A stretch of DNA of 61,595 nt, the filler included, from Bipalium vagum (Eukaryota): assembly GCA_037834085.1 (NCBI GenBank). It is 3 parts of 3 records of this genome, joined end to end, with 100 filler letters (N's around TTAATTAATTAA, not from the genome) between each part and the next. Parts side by side here need not be neighbours in the genome. Positions count along the whole stretch, not along the records: positions 23,964 to 42,409 come from JBBMKC010029129.1; positions 42,510 to 61,595 come from JBBMKC010011241.1; 1 more part is not named here. One strand, 5' to 3'. Below the pieces are notes generated by a model that saw nothing but the letters and a program-made list of their open reading frames with translations, was not told where the DNA came from and made no database searches. A program made the translations under genes and the position numbers. Positions 37,857 through 51,660 of the stretch are shown here, piece after piece; the first letter of the stretch is position 1; each line of letters begins with the position of its first letter.

Positions 37857-39269
37857 TGACATGAGTGATGACGTCAAATGAGTAAAAAGGAGGAAATGAA
37901 GTCATTTGAAAATACACCAATGATAATTTAGGAATGCTAGCACGCATAATAAAAATAGTATAAATACCCAAAGGAAAATCCTAAAAATTTACCTTCAAAA
38001 ATTGCTAACAATTAGTTTATAATAACTAAACATTAGTATTTTGAATAATAGAGTTTTTTATAACTCACTGAAAAAATTATCTGTGTAAGTGAATTATCAT
38101 ATTCACTTTAATTAAATAATTAAGTTTACAGAACGCAAATATAGGTTTCTGTCTTAATTCAATTAAAATTTCCAGATTCTTCTTTTTGTGTTTAGTTCTG
38201 ACAATTACGATCTGGTAAACTAATTATCAGATTCGATTTTTTTGCTTCAGGACATCTAAACATTTCCTTCTGTAGATTGACATCTTCTTCAATTAAATAT
38301 TGTCATTTTGATTTTAATAAAAGAAAAACCTTTTAAAAAGTTGTAAAAAGTGTATTAAAAATAAAATTTTTAAAAATCGTTTTGTTTGCCTTATATGTGA
38401 TAGGTACACTACCCTAAGGAGTCAGATTGAGATAACTTATAAACACCCTCACTCTCTCAAAACTTAACAATTATGAGAAATGTTGATTTTTTCAACAAGC
38501 ACTGGTTGTCATTGATGACCGGGACCATAAATGAAAAACATTGTCAAACAAATTTGGGTTTATACATCAATAATTATATTGACAGTAAAACGATCACAAC
38601 ATTGAATAGTGAGGAGTTATTGATTTCTAGCACAATAACTTAAACAAATCGTCATGAAAAGAGATCAATTTATGTCGCATAAAAACCAAGAAAACCTCTT
38701 ATGCTGATCAAAGTGCTGTAATAATTTTTTTAAAATTTCCTTTAAAATATTTTTGTCTTTAAAACCAAACTTTGTTCTCAAATTGCTGACGCACAAAGTA
38801 CAAATTAATTTCAAGTCAAGAAATATTATAAAGCAAAAAACTCACATTCAATAAAAGTTTAATTAAATTGTTTAATAATAATAACAAAAAACTGAAAATA
38901 GTATATAAAATTATTTCACTATTCAAACCTTTATTAATTTCTTAATATTTTTTTATTTTATTTAATTTAGTTGACATCTAGGATAATATTTTAAATAGCT
39001 TTAAGAACAATCAATATTTTTCGATGAAAATTTTTAGAATTTAATCAATTTTATTTTATTTTTCAATTTTATCCATAAAAAAATTTTAAAATAAAATTAT
39101 TTTTTGGCCGTTATTTTCAATATTATAAATTTAAATGTTGAATTATTATAGTGAAATGGTGATATTTCAAAAAAACTAACATTTTAAATGGATCTTAATT
39201 CATTTTCACAAGGCACAAGAGATTTTATTAATTTACGGTTAAAAATAGGCATTAATATTTTAATATTAA

Positions 39270-39720
39270 ATATTTATAAAATACGTAACCAAACTGGATG
39301 CTGCATTTTCTTAAAAAACTATCTCATTGGGGCTGTTCACAAACGTTTTAGTTATGTTGTCCCAAAGGATTGATTGGTCCTTTCCCTATTGGAAAATGAA
39401 ATAGGAAACCAATTGTGACTATTGAAAATCGATGTCGTCAAATGTTTACTAGTTTCTAATAGATGAATTACAAGTCAATCACTTAAAAGACCTGACAAAT
39501 TTACACCTCTATCTTTAAGATTTTCTTTAGGACAAAGAACATATCAACTAACCGAAAACCATTGATGACCTTAAATCAAAAATCTGGAACACAATTGATG
39601 AAATATTAGAACAAATGTACCAAAATAATAAATAAAATTTATTAGAAAATTAATATCTTTTAAAAAAAGACTGAGACACTCACATTACAGATATTCTATT
39701 GTCGATTAAAACACGGTGTC
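39270..39720 (+). mobile_element. Decayed Tc1/mariner-superfamily transposase fragment
   Basis: GLIGPF..ENE...VTI...RCRQM and KTIDDLKSKIWNTIDEI fragments in broken frames. Confidence 0.55.
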
Positions 39721-40692
39721 TAATTTTATAAAAAAAGTAAAAATAAGTGGATGATTTGAAAAATAAGTGTGGATTATTAGTAAATATACTGTCATATACA
39801 ACTAAAAAGCACAAATGAGGAGCTTTTAAGGCCTTCATATATACCATTCACATTAGATAAAATTATATTATTCTAAGAATATGACATTATTGGACTTGGA
39901 TTTTTTATAATCTTGATCCTTATATTAAATAAATGTTCTGAAATATATTTAAAATGCGTGTGGACAAATATTTTTTTTCCTTTTGTTATGATCAAATCTT
40001 ATTTCTTAACATTCAGAGAAATCAAAATGACACTTGATTCTCATGGAATAAATATTACAAGTATGACGTCATTTAAGACTAATGTTCATGGTAATTAGAT
40101 TAAGTATCCGTAATTAGATTATTTAATAATTTATTTTCAAATATTATAATAATGATCATAAATGGTCTATAAACCAGATTAGTTTATCGTATAAATGAGT
40201 GTTCTGAAAATCGTGGGAAAACCTGCTCTCAAAGGGCTTAGTTCAATCTCAACTTCCTCAATATACTTACTGATGAAAATGTTAATAAACAAAAACATTG
40301 TTACTTGACAAATCAGAAATTTATCATAAAAAAGAAAATTTCATCATAAAAAGTCAAAAAATTATCACAAATTCGTGAAATAGGAGATATTTAGCGCCTT
40401 GGGAATTTGGTGAATAAAAAATGATTGACGTGGCTCTATGGATTCTATTAATATTTCATTTAGGTTTCATGCAAAAATAAAATGCTACAAGAAATAAAAT
40501 TAAAAATTAAAAATAATGAAAATGTTGATTAAAATAAATACATATATAAATAAATACAAGTAAAACATTAGTACTACTATAAATTAATTGGATAATATTA
40601 AGAAAAAAATTAAAAATTGATTAAACTGAATAAAATAGTCTAATCAATTTCTCTAAAATGTTGGGTATGCCAAAGGCACAAACCGTAAAAAT

Positions 40693-40708
40693 GTAATAAT
40701 AATAATAC

Positions 40709-40771
<63 letters not shown>

Positions 40772-40781
40772 TAATAATAAT
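40693..40781. repeat. (AAT)n microsatellite
   Basis: About 29 AAT units with a few ACT/AAA interruptions. Confidence 0.95.
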
Positions 40782-42078
40782 TTGATAAGTTTGCGAGCTG
40801 TTTTATATTTTTCTAACATGTCTTATACAGATTATATAAATTAATTATATTAAAGACACTCAATGGAAATGTAAAAAAACTTCTGTACTTTAAAATGGTA
40901 TATATGTTAAAGCTCTCCAACAAATGTTTTCCATTATCAGGTTTGAAAATATAAAACGTGCAAATTATTTTCTTACCAACCTAATAGTTTAATGAGACAA
41001 CACATCCTCATTGACATTACTGGACGACACATTCACCCAAAAAAACTTGTTTAGATTCTTTCTATCAAAAATCTTTCATCTTCAAAAATAAAGTCTAAAG
41101 TTTTGTTTAATGAAACAAGAGAAAAATCTATTAAAACAATACCGACAAACATTAAAAAGGAATTAATATTAAAAATTGAACGCACTGATTTTCAAAAACA
41201 GGAAAAAAAGGCTAAAGAAAAAAATGTCAGCACTCAAAAAAATTCCGGAATTCTCACTGAAGGATTTGTAGACGACACGTATCAATGGATCTCTCGGATC
41301 TGAAACTGGAAATTGAGGTCGAAAATTGTCCGACATAGGTCCCTCTTCCTTGTCTAAATTCTGGATTTTCCGAAAACTTTTCAACTGAAACAACAAATTC
41401 AAACAAAAAAAATTCAAACAAAAACATTCATGTATTTCAATTTAACTTTCATGAAATTTTTCTACGATAATACTGACTTGTTTAATCTTGCAGTACTATT
41501 AATATTGATTTAAAAAGGAAATTAATGTTTTTTAATGAATTCTGTTAATTTTCAAAAAAGAATAAAGCATAAATGGTTGGCGACGATCTGCACCAGTCAT
41601 TCTCCCTATAATACAAAATTAAATCATTTATATAACCCCCTTTTTATATTATATTATTTTATTTTAAACTTTTTTATATACCTTTATTTTTTATATATCC
41701 TTATTTGTATATAACTCTATCTTATATATACCCCGATTTTTACATACATTTTTATATTCATTCCACAATTTATTTTTATTTACTTATATTCCACTTGGGT
41801 ATCATACCCCACATCCATAGGTTCTCGTGCATATAAACAGTAAAAGACCAGAAAAGGAAATGTGTGAAAGAAAACTGAATTAATAAGTCATTTAAAATCA
41901 AATAATTATAATGAAAAATTATAAAAATAATGAATATTAATTCCACACATATTCATGAATATTAAAAATTCACTTTTATCAGATTTAAATCATTTAAATA
42001 AGTAAATAGAAGAAAAAAGAATACACAGGATCAGGATTACAAAAAATTAATTCCAGGAATATGTAAAATTCATATGTA

Positions 42079-42409
42079 TTAGGTTGTCTAATAAATTCGT
42101 GCCGTTTTTTTTCGATGTCGTTTTGAATGACATAAGATGCATCTATTATTAATTTAATTTAATATTTAAACAGACAAATCACGTGTTTGTTATCTATTAA
42201 TAGTTGTTTTAACTGATTAGTTTTTAATTTAGTTTTACATGAAATTCAAAATGGATATCCAATTCAAAAAAAATGAACATCTCCGACACGTTCTTCTATA
42301 CCAGTTTAATTGCCATGTTAATGCAACCCAAACTGCCCGAAACATAAATGCCGTGTACGGAGAAGGTACCATGTGTTGTCGGGCAGCACGAAAATGGTTT
42401 TCTAAATTT
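42079..42409 (+). mobile_element. Mariner element left end and transposase N-terminus, cut by the spacer
   Basis: TA-TTAGGTTGTCTAATAAATTCGTGCCGTTTT TIR. ORF 42239 reads EHLRHVLLYQF...ATQTARNINAVYGEG...RKWFSKF (Mos1-type HTH). Confidence 0.9.
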
Positions 42410-42509
42410 NNNNNNNNNNNNNNNNNNNNNNNNNNNNNNNNNNNNNNNNNNNNTTAATTAATTAANNNNNNNNNNNNNNNNNNNNNNNNNNNNNNNNNNN
42501 NNNNNNNNN
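42410..42509. other. Artificial assembly spacer N44-TTAATTAATTAA-N44
   Basis: Identical structure to 23864-23963. It truncates a mariner ORF. Confidence 0.97.
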
Positions 42510-42959
42510 TTTAAAATTCAACATACTGATAACGCAACCGTAATATTTATTCGAACGTTACACTCTATAAACCCTTCTGAATTAATTACGAGCTACGTTA
42601 AGTTTTGCGATTTTACGTCACTAGCCAATTTTGAAAAACTTAACAAATCCTTTACGAAACCTTATTATGTATATGCAAGTTATATTTTTACAAGTAGCCG
42701 GTATAAATTTTACGTGTAAATAATTTAATTGATAAAATCCGAAAAATAAAAAAATTAATAAAATATACTTAATATTCATAGAAATAATAAATAAATTAAA
42801 ATAATTAGAAATTTAGAAAAAACTATAAAAATAATTACTAAAAATAAAAATATTAACTAAATAACGAAATGAATAAGAAAAAAAATTATATAAAATAATA
42901 AATATAGTAAATTTATGTTCCTATAAATTAAAGTGTATAAAAAATATAAGTATAAATTA

Positions 42960-43990
42960 AAAACTTTCAAAATAATCTGAGAGAAAAATTCTTTGTTAAT
43001 CATCAAACAGAAATTGAATTTTTAAGATCAAATTCCCTTAAAAAAGACAAATTGTCAAATTTGAAATTTGATCTTTTCGTTTTCACCACAGGAAATATTT
43101 CAAGTTCTCAATTCATCTCTGACAAAGCAGTTTCAAGTTACAAGTACATCAAGTATAAAATCAAACAACTCTAAAGAGAAGAGGAGAATAAGAAAACAAA
43201 GAAACGAAACATTGTCTCATTCGTGTTACCAACAACAAATTCAAAGATAGTTACTTCGTATTCCGATTTTTGGCATATACAGAAGAAAGGCTACGAAGAC
43301 ATATTCGCTCCGACAGATTACAAGTTAAAACTATACATCCCGGTGTTCCACAAATTAAAACTAATCATCTGTAATTATTTTTTTTATTTAAATCAAACTT
43401 TAAATCATAAATAGTAAATTGTATATTTTGATTATCAAATAAAATCTAAAGTCCTCAAACTAAATCAGATAGAATTATTGGATAGATCCCCAATTATTCT
43501 AACAATATCAATATAAAACCTTTTGGTGTTTTTCCCATATTTTCTTTTTATTGCCTTCTCTTCGTCTAGTAGGGCGCTTGTTCTTTTTGAGGGCTCTTAA
43601 GGCTAGAATAGAGAAGAACAAGCTAATTTTTTTTTTAAAAACTCAACTCTCCGGGATTTACCAATTAATTTACAACATCTGTACTTCGATTTATTTGTTT
43701 GTTCAACAAGGATAAAAAATATATAATTATAAATTTAATAATTTCTTCTGATTTGCGTTGCTGAATAATTTTTATTTAAACCTTCTGAAGTGTTATTAAA
43801 TCATTTGAATGTTCTGATCAGTTCAATTTAATTTTATTATTTGTATTATCGTTTGAATAATAATACCCAGTCGATTAAAAATAATTATAATTCATTTTTC
43901 TTGTATTCGAACACGGACGTTAACACACTCTAAGCCCTTCTGATTTAAAAAGATCTTAGGAGCCGTGTTAAGTTTTGATTGTGTTAAACA
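42960..43990 (-). repeat. Inverted, diverged copy of the repeat at ~470-1390; a further fragment lies at 42555-42610
   Basis: Clear block matches over 43470-43990 and weaker similarity down to ~42960 (TTTTTAAGGGAATT versus TTTTTAGGGAATT at ~1317). Confidence 0.65.
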
Positions 43991-44779
43991 CTGAGTTTAA
44001 TATTTAACCTCACTTCAAAACTTAACAAATATAATAAAAAAATACATGTTATTACCAATGTATTCTATAAAGTATATGCAATAAATAATTACTAATAGGC
44101 ATAAATAACTGGTACTGATTGTTTAACTATTTATTTTTGAATGAAGAATTAATCTGCTCCTTTTCATAGAGATATTTCGTACTGATTAAGGCGTACGTGT
44201 TTCTGCGTGAACTTCGTGATAAATCGTAGTGATTGTCAGTTTTATTTTTCGTGCACGTGAATCGCCTCTAGCTATATTATTTTTGTGTTGAGACCTTATC
44301 AATAAAAATGTTGAACTTATAATTATAATTTTTATCATAAAGTTTATACTTAGTAATTAATTTTTCCTAAAAATAATAACTTAAAATTTTTTCTGTATAA
44401 TACTAATAATAGCTTTTCTGTACATAATTTTCTCATATAATCTATTTTTAGTAAGTTCGACTTACTATATTATTTTTTACAATATTTTTATGTATTTTAT
44501 TGTTTTAATGTATGAACTTTTATAAAATAATAATAACAACAATAATAATTATAGTAATAATTATTATTAGTTATTTATATTTCATTTTATTTAATTTTGA
44601 TTATATATATAACTCTTGGGGAAAAATCTTTCGCATAAAAATAATTAAATAAGACACATTTTTTATTAATATAATTGTCACAATACAAATCAACAAAAAA
44701 AATGTTGCGTTGTTATTTTTGAAGTCTTTGAATGTTTTGGAAGTCTCCACACTATAATAAAATAATAATAATAATAAAT

Positions 44780-45125
44780 AATTGACTATCAATGCAATCC
44801 AGCCAGACATTTTTGAGAAGTCTGATAGTTTTTTAGTGTAATCAGTAAAGTCTTGATTCAATGAAATGTTTTGGTTAATAAACACCATCACAATAATATC
44901 CCTTTGTGTATTTCGTCTGGAAATTCTCCAGATGCTAATATGGGGATATATGACTTGGAAATTAAGAAACTTTATTACAGCAAATTTTATGGAATATTAG
45001 AAGAAAATCCAAGATGTATGGTACAATATTCCTACAATATATATGGGCTATATCAGTCATTGCCATATAGAATGACTGTCACTGTCAAAGCTAAGGGAGG
45101 TGCAACAAAATTTCATTTTTCAATT
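44780..45125 (+). mobile_element. Tc1 transposase C-terminal remnant upstream of DPH2
   Basis: SGNSPDAN and LYQSLPYRMTVTVKAKGGATKF match the Tc1 SPDLN...SMPxRxxAVIKAKGGxTKY end. Confidence 0.7.
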
Positions 45126-45465
45126 TATACTTACATTGTTAATATGTTCAAATATAATAAATGTTTTGAGAAATTTCTTTTGAAATTAGTTTTGATTACG
45201 ATTTTTCAAAAAAATTGAGGTGAACAGATTTAATAAATTTTTCGTATATATTCCTAATCTATTCTAAGTTTTGTTAATTAAAACTTCAAAATAAAATTAC
45301 ATAAATAACTTTTTTCTTATGTAAATTATATTATTACAAATATGTAGGGAAAATATTAAAAAATAGTTAAATTTTTATTATTTACATTTATAATTCTTAA
45401 TTCAATTACAAAGTTGTTTAAATAATCTGCAATAATCAACCCAAAATTTAATATTTTTAAATATC

Positions 45466-46989
45466 ATGAGTGTCATAAGCAATGATGGGTCAAATATTAT
45501 TAATAAAAAAATTGAAACAAAATTTATACATAATGATATGTTGAAAATCGAAAATTTTGAAATTGATTCAACTATTAAATGGATTGAAGAGAATAATTTC
45601 AAAAAGGTAAGATAAAAAATGTATTATTCTTTTTAAAATATTCAGGTCGGTTTACAATTTCCAGACGAATTATTGCCAATTTCCGTTCCAATTTATATGA
45701 ATTTGAAAAATAAAATTAATTGTCATTTTGGAATAATGGCTGATACCAGTTATGGAAAGTATTTAATAAATCGTACTTGTTAATCAAATAATGATTTACC
45801 ATTGAATTTCAGTTGTTGTATTGATGAAGTTGGTGGCGAACATTTTTCCGTAGAAGCTGTTATTCATTACGGTAATGCTTGTTTGACAGCAACACACAGA
45901 AAACTGCCAGTAAAATATATATTTGGAAAACATATGTTCCAAGAAACTGATATTGCAAAAGATTGCGAAATTGTCACGAATTTTATCAATTCAGAATTTA
46001 ACCATTTCACAGAAAAATGCATTACAATTCTATCCGAATTCAAATATATAGACTATTGCAGAGACCTCTCATCAACGTTGTCGAAATCTGGATTTTGTGT
46101 CCACAAATCTTGTCCCAACCTTCCCGAATACACAAGACTCAATGAGATAAATACAAACAATTGTCAAATCCTCGGATCCCGGTTGGTTGAGTCGCACGAC
46201 CAATCAGATGCCGATAAAACGATATTACTCTTTATTGGTGACAATTTAAACAATTATTCCATCAAAACAACTCTATTGTCAATGTTCCACCTTTATAAAT
46301 CCATGTTGATGTTCACACCATCCAAAACTGAGATCAGAAACGTCTCGATCGACATCCAGCGTTTCCTACGAAGTCGACTGTTTTCCATTCAAGTTGCTTT
46401 GGACGCCAAAAGAGTGGGATTGTTGGTGGGAACGTTGACCAATGAAAACTATTTCTCCATTTATCAATATTTGATGGAAATAATGCAACAATCTGGCAAA
46501 GTCGTCTATCCGATGGTTGTCGGAAAAATCAATGCGGAAAAATTGGCAAATTTTGCTGATCTCGATGTTTTAGTCGTCATCAACTGTCCCGAGACCTGCT
46601 TGCAGTTTTCTGATCGAAACGATAATTATTATCGACCCGTTGTGACGCCATATGAAATGATATGTGCTTGTGAGCCGACCAGATTTCCTAACCCTTTTAC
46701 CGGGAGATATTTGATCGATTTTAAAGATTTATTGTGTGATGGAAATCGATCGAAATCGATGATCACAGGGGAAATCGATACCTGTTCTTCGATCGATGCC
46801 GAATCACGAGGCAGTGACAATCCCGGTGCTCTTATTTCCAGACTGGATTCTGATTGGAGCATTTCGGCCATTGGCAAATCGACTCGGTCTTGGTTCGGTC
46901 TCGATCCGCAATTGGGTAAAACTGAGGTGGCCAAGATTAAAGACGGGCGGTCGGGGATTGCAGCTGGATATCAAAATGAATTGAAATAA
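45466..46989 (+). CDS. DPH2: Diphthamide biosynthesis protein 2 (3 exons: 45466-45606, 45646-45758, 45813-46989; 476 aa)
   Basis: VGLQFPDELL, ADTSYGNCCIDEV, IHYGNACL, VGKINAEKLANF, PVVTPYE and the DPH2-type C-terminus RSWFGLDPQLG...GRSGIAAGY. Introns of 39 and 54 nt restore one frame. Confidence 0.94.
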
Positions 46990-47570
46990 ATAAATTGTTA
47001 TTTCTTTTTGTTAGATTTTAAATGAAAATTAAAATCTTTCTTAGTAAAAGTTAAAATTTTATCTATGATAAATATTGGTTATTTAACTGAGCTATATCTG
47101 ACTATCATTAATGGTTGAGTACTTGCACTTATGTAAATAGTTAAAATGGTAACCAAACATTTTAATTGTATCAAAAAAATTACTTTTCAACCAAAAACAC
47201 ATACTTGATTAAAATTCAAACCAAATATGACAAGTCTGACAATTTTCGAGCCAGTAATTTATTAGATAATAAATCAGGAGACAATAATTAAAATAGAAGT
47301 GTATATTTTAATGTTGGATTCAAGAGGAAAAAAAAAGATAAATCAGAGCTTAAAGCAAACCAATTCAATCAAATTAATTTATATCTCAATATTGTTTTAC
47401 ATTAACATTGACTATTTTGAGTTTGAGTAACAATATTTATTAAGGTTTTGATTTTTAATGATTATTAATAATCAATCTTAAGTAATTTTAGAAATAAAGT
47501 ATTAAATATATGATAAAAAAGAAAATCATTTGGCATGATTAACCAAACAATTTAGACAAATATTATAATA

Positions 47571-49773
47571 CATGGTGTCCTAAAACTCATTAGCAATTTA
47601 AATATATATATAATTCTATTAATTTTTGAATTGGTATTAATCAATGCTTAAAGTTTTATTTATAGTCATAAAAAAATCAGGTAAAATTATTTTTTATTTC
47701 AATATTTTAATTTCCTGACCATGCTAAGTAAGGAAACCAAAATTGAAATAATGATGTTAATGGCACTATTACAATCAAAAACCAAGATGATGAGAAAGCT
47801 AAAAAATGGATGTATCCGATATGCCTTCAAGTTTCGAAACTATTGCGAATTTATACAAAAATTTTTTGAAACACGGAACTGCTCACGTTTTGCCAAAGAG
47901 TGTTCGACAAAGCAATGATGTGAGCGAGCAAATTATGGAAATTGTCAGTGATTATTAAATGCATTCTTGTCGTGACATTTCAAATAACCTGTGAATTTCA
48001 AAGAATTGTTACTATTTTCCTCAAACTAAAATAAGTAACTTTCGCTCGAGATCCATAACTCCTCACAATTCAATGTTGTGTTCGTTTTACTATTATATTA
48101 TAGCTATACTCAATTGAATCAAAACGATCACAAAACTTTATTAACACGCAAAATTGTACCGTTAGACAAGACAAAATATCTCAAAAAATCAAATAATCAA
48201 CGCTAGTCAAATATCTAGAAATCACGAAATCAACTGGTCCAATTTCTACAAAAATCAAAAAGAACAATAAGTCAACCCTCCTTAATCGCAAATGATCACA
48301 AATGAATAAGAACAAAATATAATATTGATTCAAATGAATGCTTAGACAATTTATGGTTAAAAATATTATGATTTTCAAATAAAAATGAAAAATTAATTAG
48401 GAATCACAAAAGAAAATAAAAAGAAATCTATAATAGTCTGTTCAGGAGCGACAATGAGTGCCCGGGTAATCCTCTAGGTCCTTTTCAGGTCACCTAGGGA
48501 TTCCCAAACTCACTGGGTCCCATTGTTAAATCAGATTGCGTTGTCATGAAAAAGTGGAATAAATGGATATACAATGATGATCTTCTCCTTTCAACTGAAA
48601 CGATAACTGTCTCCAAATAATCCTCTCTCGTCTTTTTTTCCTGGGAAAAGTCATCTCTTTTTATAGTCGTAGAGATTGGTCTACAATCAATAATATCTAC
48701 GCTTTAAGACTGCTATTTCCTTCAATAACCTGTTAATTCTAACTTTATCTCCACGCCGAAATAAAGTTATTAAAATAATGATTAAAAATATAATTTATTG
48801 TCCTCACGACGGGGCACAATCTTTACTTTATTATCTTATTACCATCATATATCAAAATCTAGACGGCTTTTTGGTAATATTTTTTTAATATTAGAAAAGT
48901 TTTTTTTAATAATATTGTTATTATTATTATTACTATTATTATTAATCACCAAAATCGGGTTTTGTGCCTTTTAGATCGCTAAGGATAGAGATTAATTTGA
49001 TCCCATACAAATTGCAGTTCTGCTAATTGTTAAATGAAGAATATTTAACTTGAAATGCTTATGCATGTAGCCAAATTCTGGAATTGCATCGATCCAACAT
49101 GTCATTTTTAAATAATCTCATTATGTCCTTGTACCTTTAATGTGGATGGTACGATCAATCTAAATAATTGTCGCATATGGGGAACTGAGAATCCCGATGT
49201 GATTCTCAAGAAAAATCAAACCTCATCGAAAATAACAGTTTTGGCTGGTATGTCACAAGGTGGTATGATTGGTTCGTACTTCTTTCGGGAAAATGTCACA
49301 GGTAACAATTACAAAACTGTGCTGCTAAATTTTTTGGTGCCAAACTTGAAGACCCATTGCAAATTACCTTCTTATTTTTCAAAGATTGAGGGAGCACCAC
49401 ACTTCGAGTTTTTTGTGAGAGATTTCATAAATCAAAGCTTTAACAAAACATTGACAAAAAGATCTCCTGGTTTAACTCCGTTAATTTTTTTTCTATTGAG
49501 GTATTTAAAGAATAATGTTTATATGCACCAGCCAAAGAATTACAGCACATGGAAACAATAATTATACAGGAAATACCCATTATTATATGTCAAAATTCTA
49601 TGACTGCTCTTATTGATCGCTTTGCCAAAGGTTTTGAGCTTGATGGCAAACAAGTTGAGTAAAATAAAACTTAGAATGGTTTACTAGCTCTTCATTAAAA
49701 ATATGTTATGATATTTTTACTAAATTATGAAAATGTTATCGTACAAATTGTTAATGACTTTTGGGACACCTTG
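47571..49773 (+). mobile_element. Full-span decayed Tc1/mariner-superfamily element interrupted by a ~0.9-kb insertion (~48003-48945)
   Basis: TIRs TA-CATGGTGTCCTAAAACTCATTAGCAATTT / AAATTGTTAATGACTTTTGGGACACCTTG-TA. Transposase pieces at 47721-47990 and 48960-49660 (NCRIWGTENP, IGSYFF, EGAPH, RSPGLTPLIFFLLRYLK). Confidence 0.88.
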
Positions 49774-50179
49774 TATAATGTTAAATAAGCAAATACTTAC
49801 GGTCGCCTGACTCTTCATAAGATTAGATCTGAATATTATTCAATTAATATAGTTTTAATAAGTAAATATTTACAATTATGAAAAGCAAAATTTGATAATC
49901 TCTAATAATAACTTTTAAAATAAAATAAAATTATCTATAAAAATAATGACAGTAGTAATAAAAATAATAAAATAGTAATAAAATGTTTCGTTTTTATGTA
50001 TAAGTATCTTTAATTTCATAAATTTTGCTTATCTCTTATTTAGTTATTAATGTATTCTTATACTTTAAGCAAATTAAGTAGGTTCACTCCTAATTTTTTT
50101 ATGAATTTTAAAAATAAAAAAATAAAATACAATCAGTTTATTAAGACATACACAAGGTCACTCAATTATCAATATTTTG

Positions 50180-51200
50180 TTGCATATTAATTGTGCAGAT
50201 GTAATCGAGTACAATAGGCGTGTAACATCTTTCCACAACCCATATTCAGTAGTGGTTCTATTTGTTAACTTATTCTTTATCCATCTTCATAAAATTTTCT
50301 GTAGGATTTACATCCGGTGAATTTCCAGAGCATTCCAGATCATTCACATTCAAATCTTTTTAAAAATTGGTTATCGATTTTGCCCTCTGAGCAGAGGCTA
50401 GATCCTGTTGAAAAAGAAAATTTTTTTAGAAAACACAAGACATTCACACAAGTTTATTACGACATACACAAGGTCACTCAATTATCAATATCCCTCATCC
50501 CCCGACTAATTTTCAATTTACCTCACACGTCATGGACAACATGAGATGTATAATAATCTGCATTAACATGCCCTCGAAGCCTTTTTAAAATACCAATACT
50601 ATTTTGTGAAAAAAAGCCCAACACATTAATCTACGACCTATGTTTAACGTATGTTGAAAGCAATTAGCCTGATATTTCTCATTCCTCTAACAAGCATATC
50701 TTTCCTGTTTATAAAATTTTGAAAGATACTTTAATCGCAAAAAAATATGAGTTCTGATTTAGCTTCATCCCGATCTTTTTTCATTCATTGTCCAAGAAAG
50801 CTTTACTAATCTTTGCTCTCTTCTCAAAAGACTCCTCATGGCAACAACATGACTTTTCAAACCGTATTGATTTAATTTTTTGTACTGTTCTGAATGATAA
50901 GCTTCGCATTGGTTGATTATTATAAATAAGGGTAACATATACAGCCGAAAAAATTCTATTTGAACGGGAAATACGAAGAATAAATCTCTTTTCAAGAGGA
51001 GTGACAGTAGTTTGTCTATGCGTGCGAGACTTGTCTCGGACACTTTCAGTTAAAACTTACTTCTTCCATTTTTGTATCCTTCTTTTAGTGATAGTTAGAT
51101 TGTATCGGTCTCTCATGATTTTCATAATACAGCGATAAACATTCGTTTAGGCGCACATGAATAATTGCATATATTTCATGTCCTCTGTAATTAATAAATA
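50180..51200 (-). mobile_element. Decayed Tc1-type element
   Basis: The - strand reads QHTLNIGRRLMCWAFFT (compare TVKHGGGSVMVWGCF) and SGNSPDVNPTENF. Confidence 0.7.
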
Positions 51201-51399
51201 TAAATTTGATTTATATTAATTTACCATTAATAAATTAACCCAGAAAATTTTTTTGTAATACATTACTCAATATGGCTTTATATAGATTTAAAAATTCACA
51301 GAAAAGTCAAAACATTCGTTTAGACGCATGATGTTTTATTAATAAAAAATACAATTATAAATAAAATTAAAGCCTGTTTAATAACGTATATTTTTTCCT

Positions 51400-51660
51400 T
51401 GTGCTTTAATCAAATTAAAAATTCTTTTGACATTGACATAGCTAAATTTTTCAATGTTGAATTGTCAATTTCACTCCAGCACTCCTTTATATGTCTTTGG
51501 AGATCGAAAATACTCTGAAATTGTCTTCTATTAGCATAAATTTTGGAAGCTAATATGCACCAAAAATTTTCCATGGGGTTTAAATCTGGACTGCAACTTT
51601 TCCAGTCAATTTCTTTTGAGGAAAACCATGACTTTGTAATATTAGAAACATGGATAGGAG
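51400..51660 (-). mobile_element. Tc3-like transposase C-terminal fragment
   Basis: The - strand reads IDWKSCSPDLNPMENFWCILASKIYANRRQF. Confidence 0.8.
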
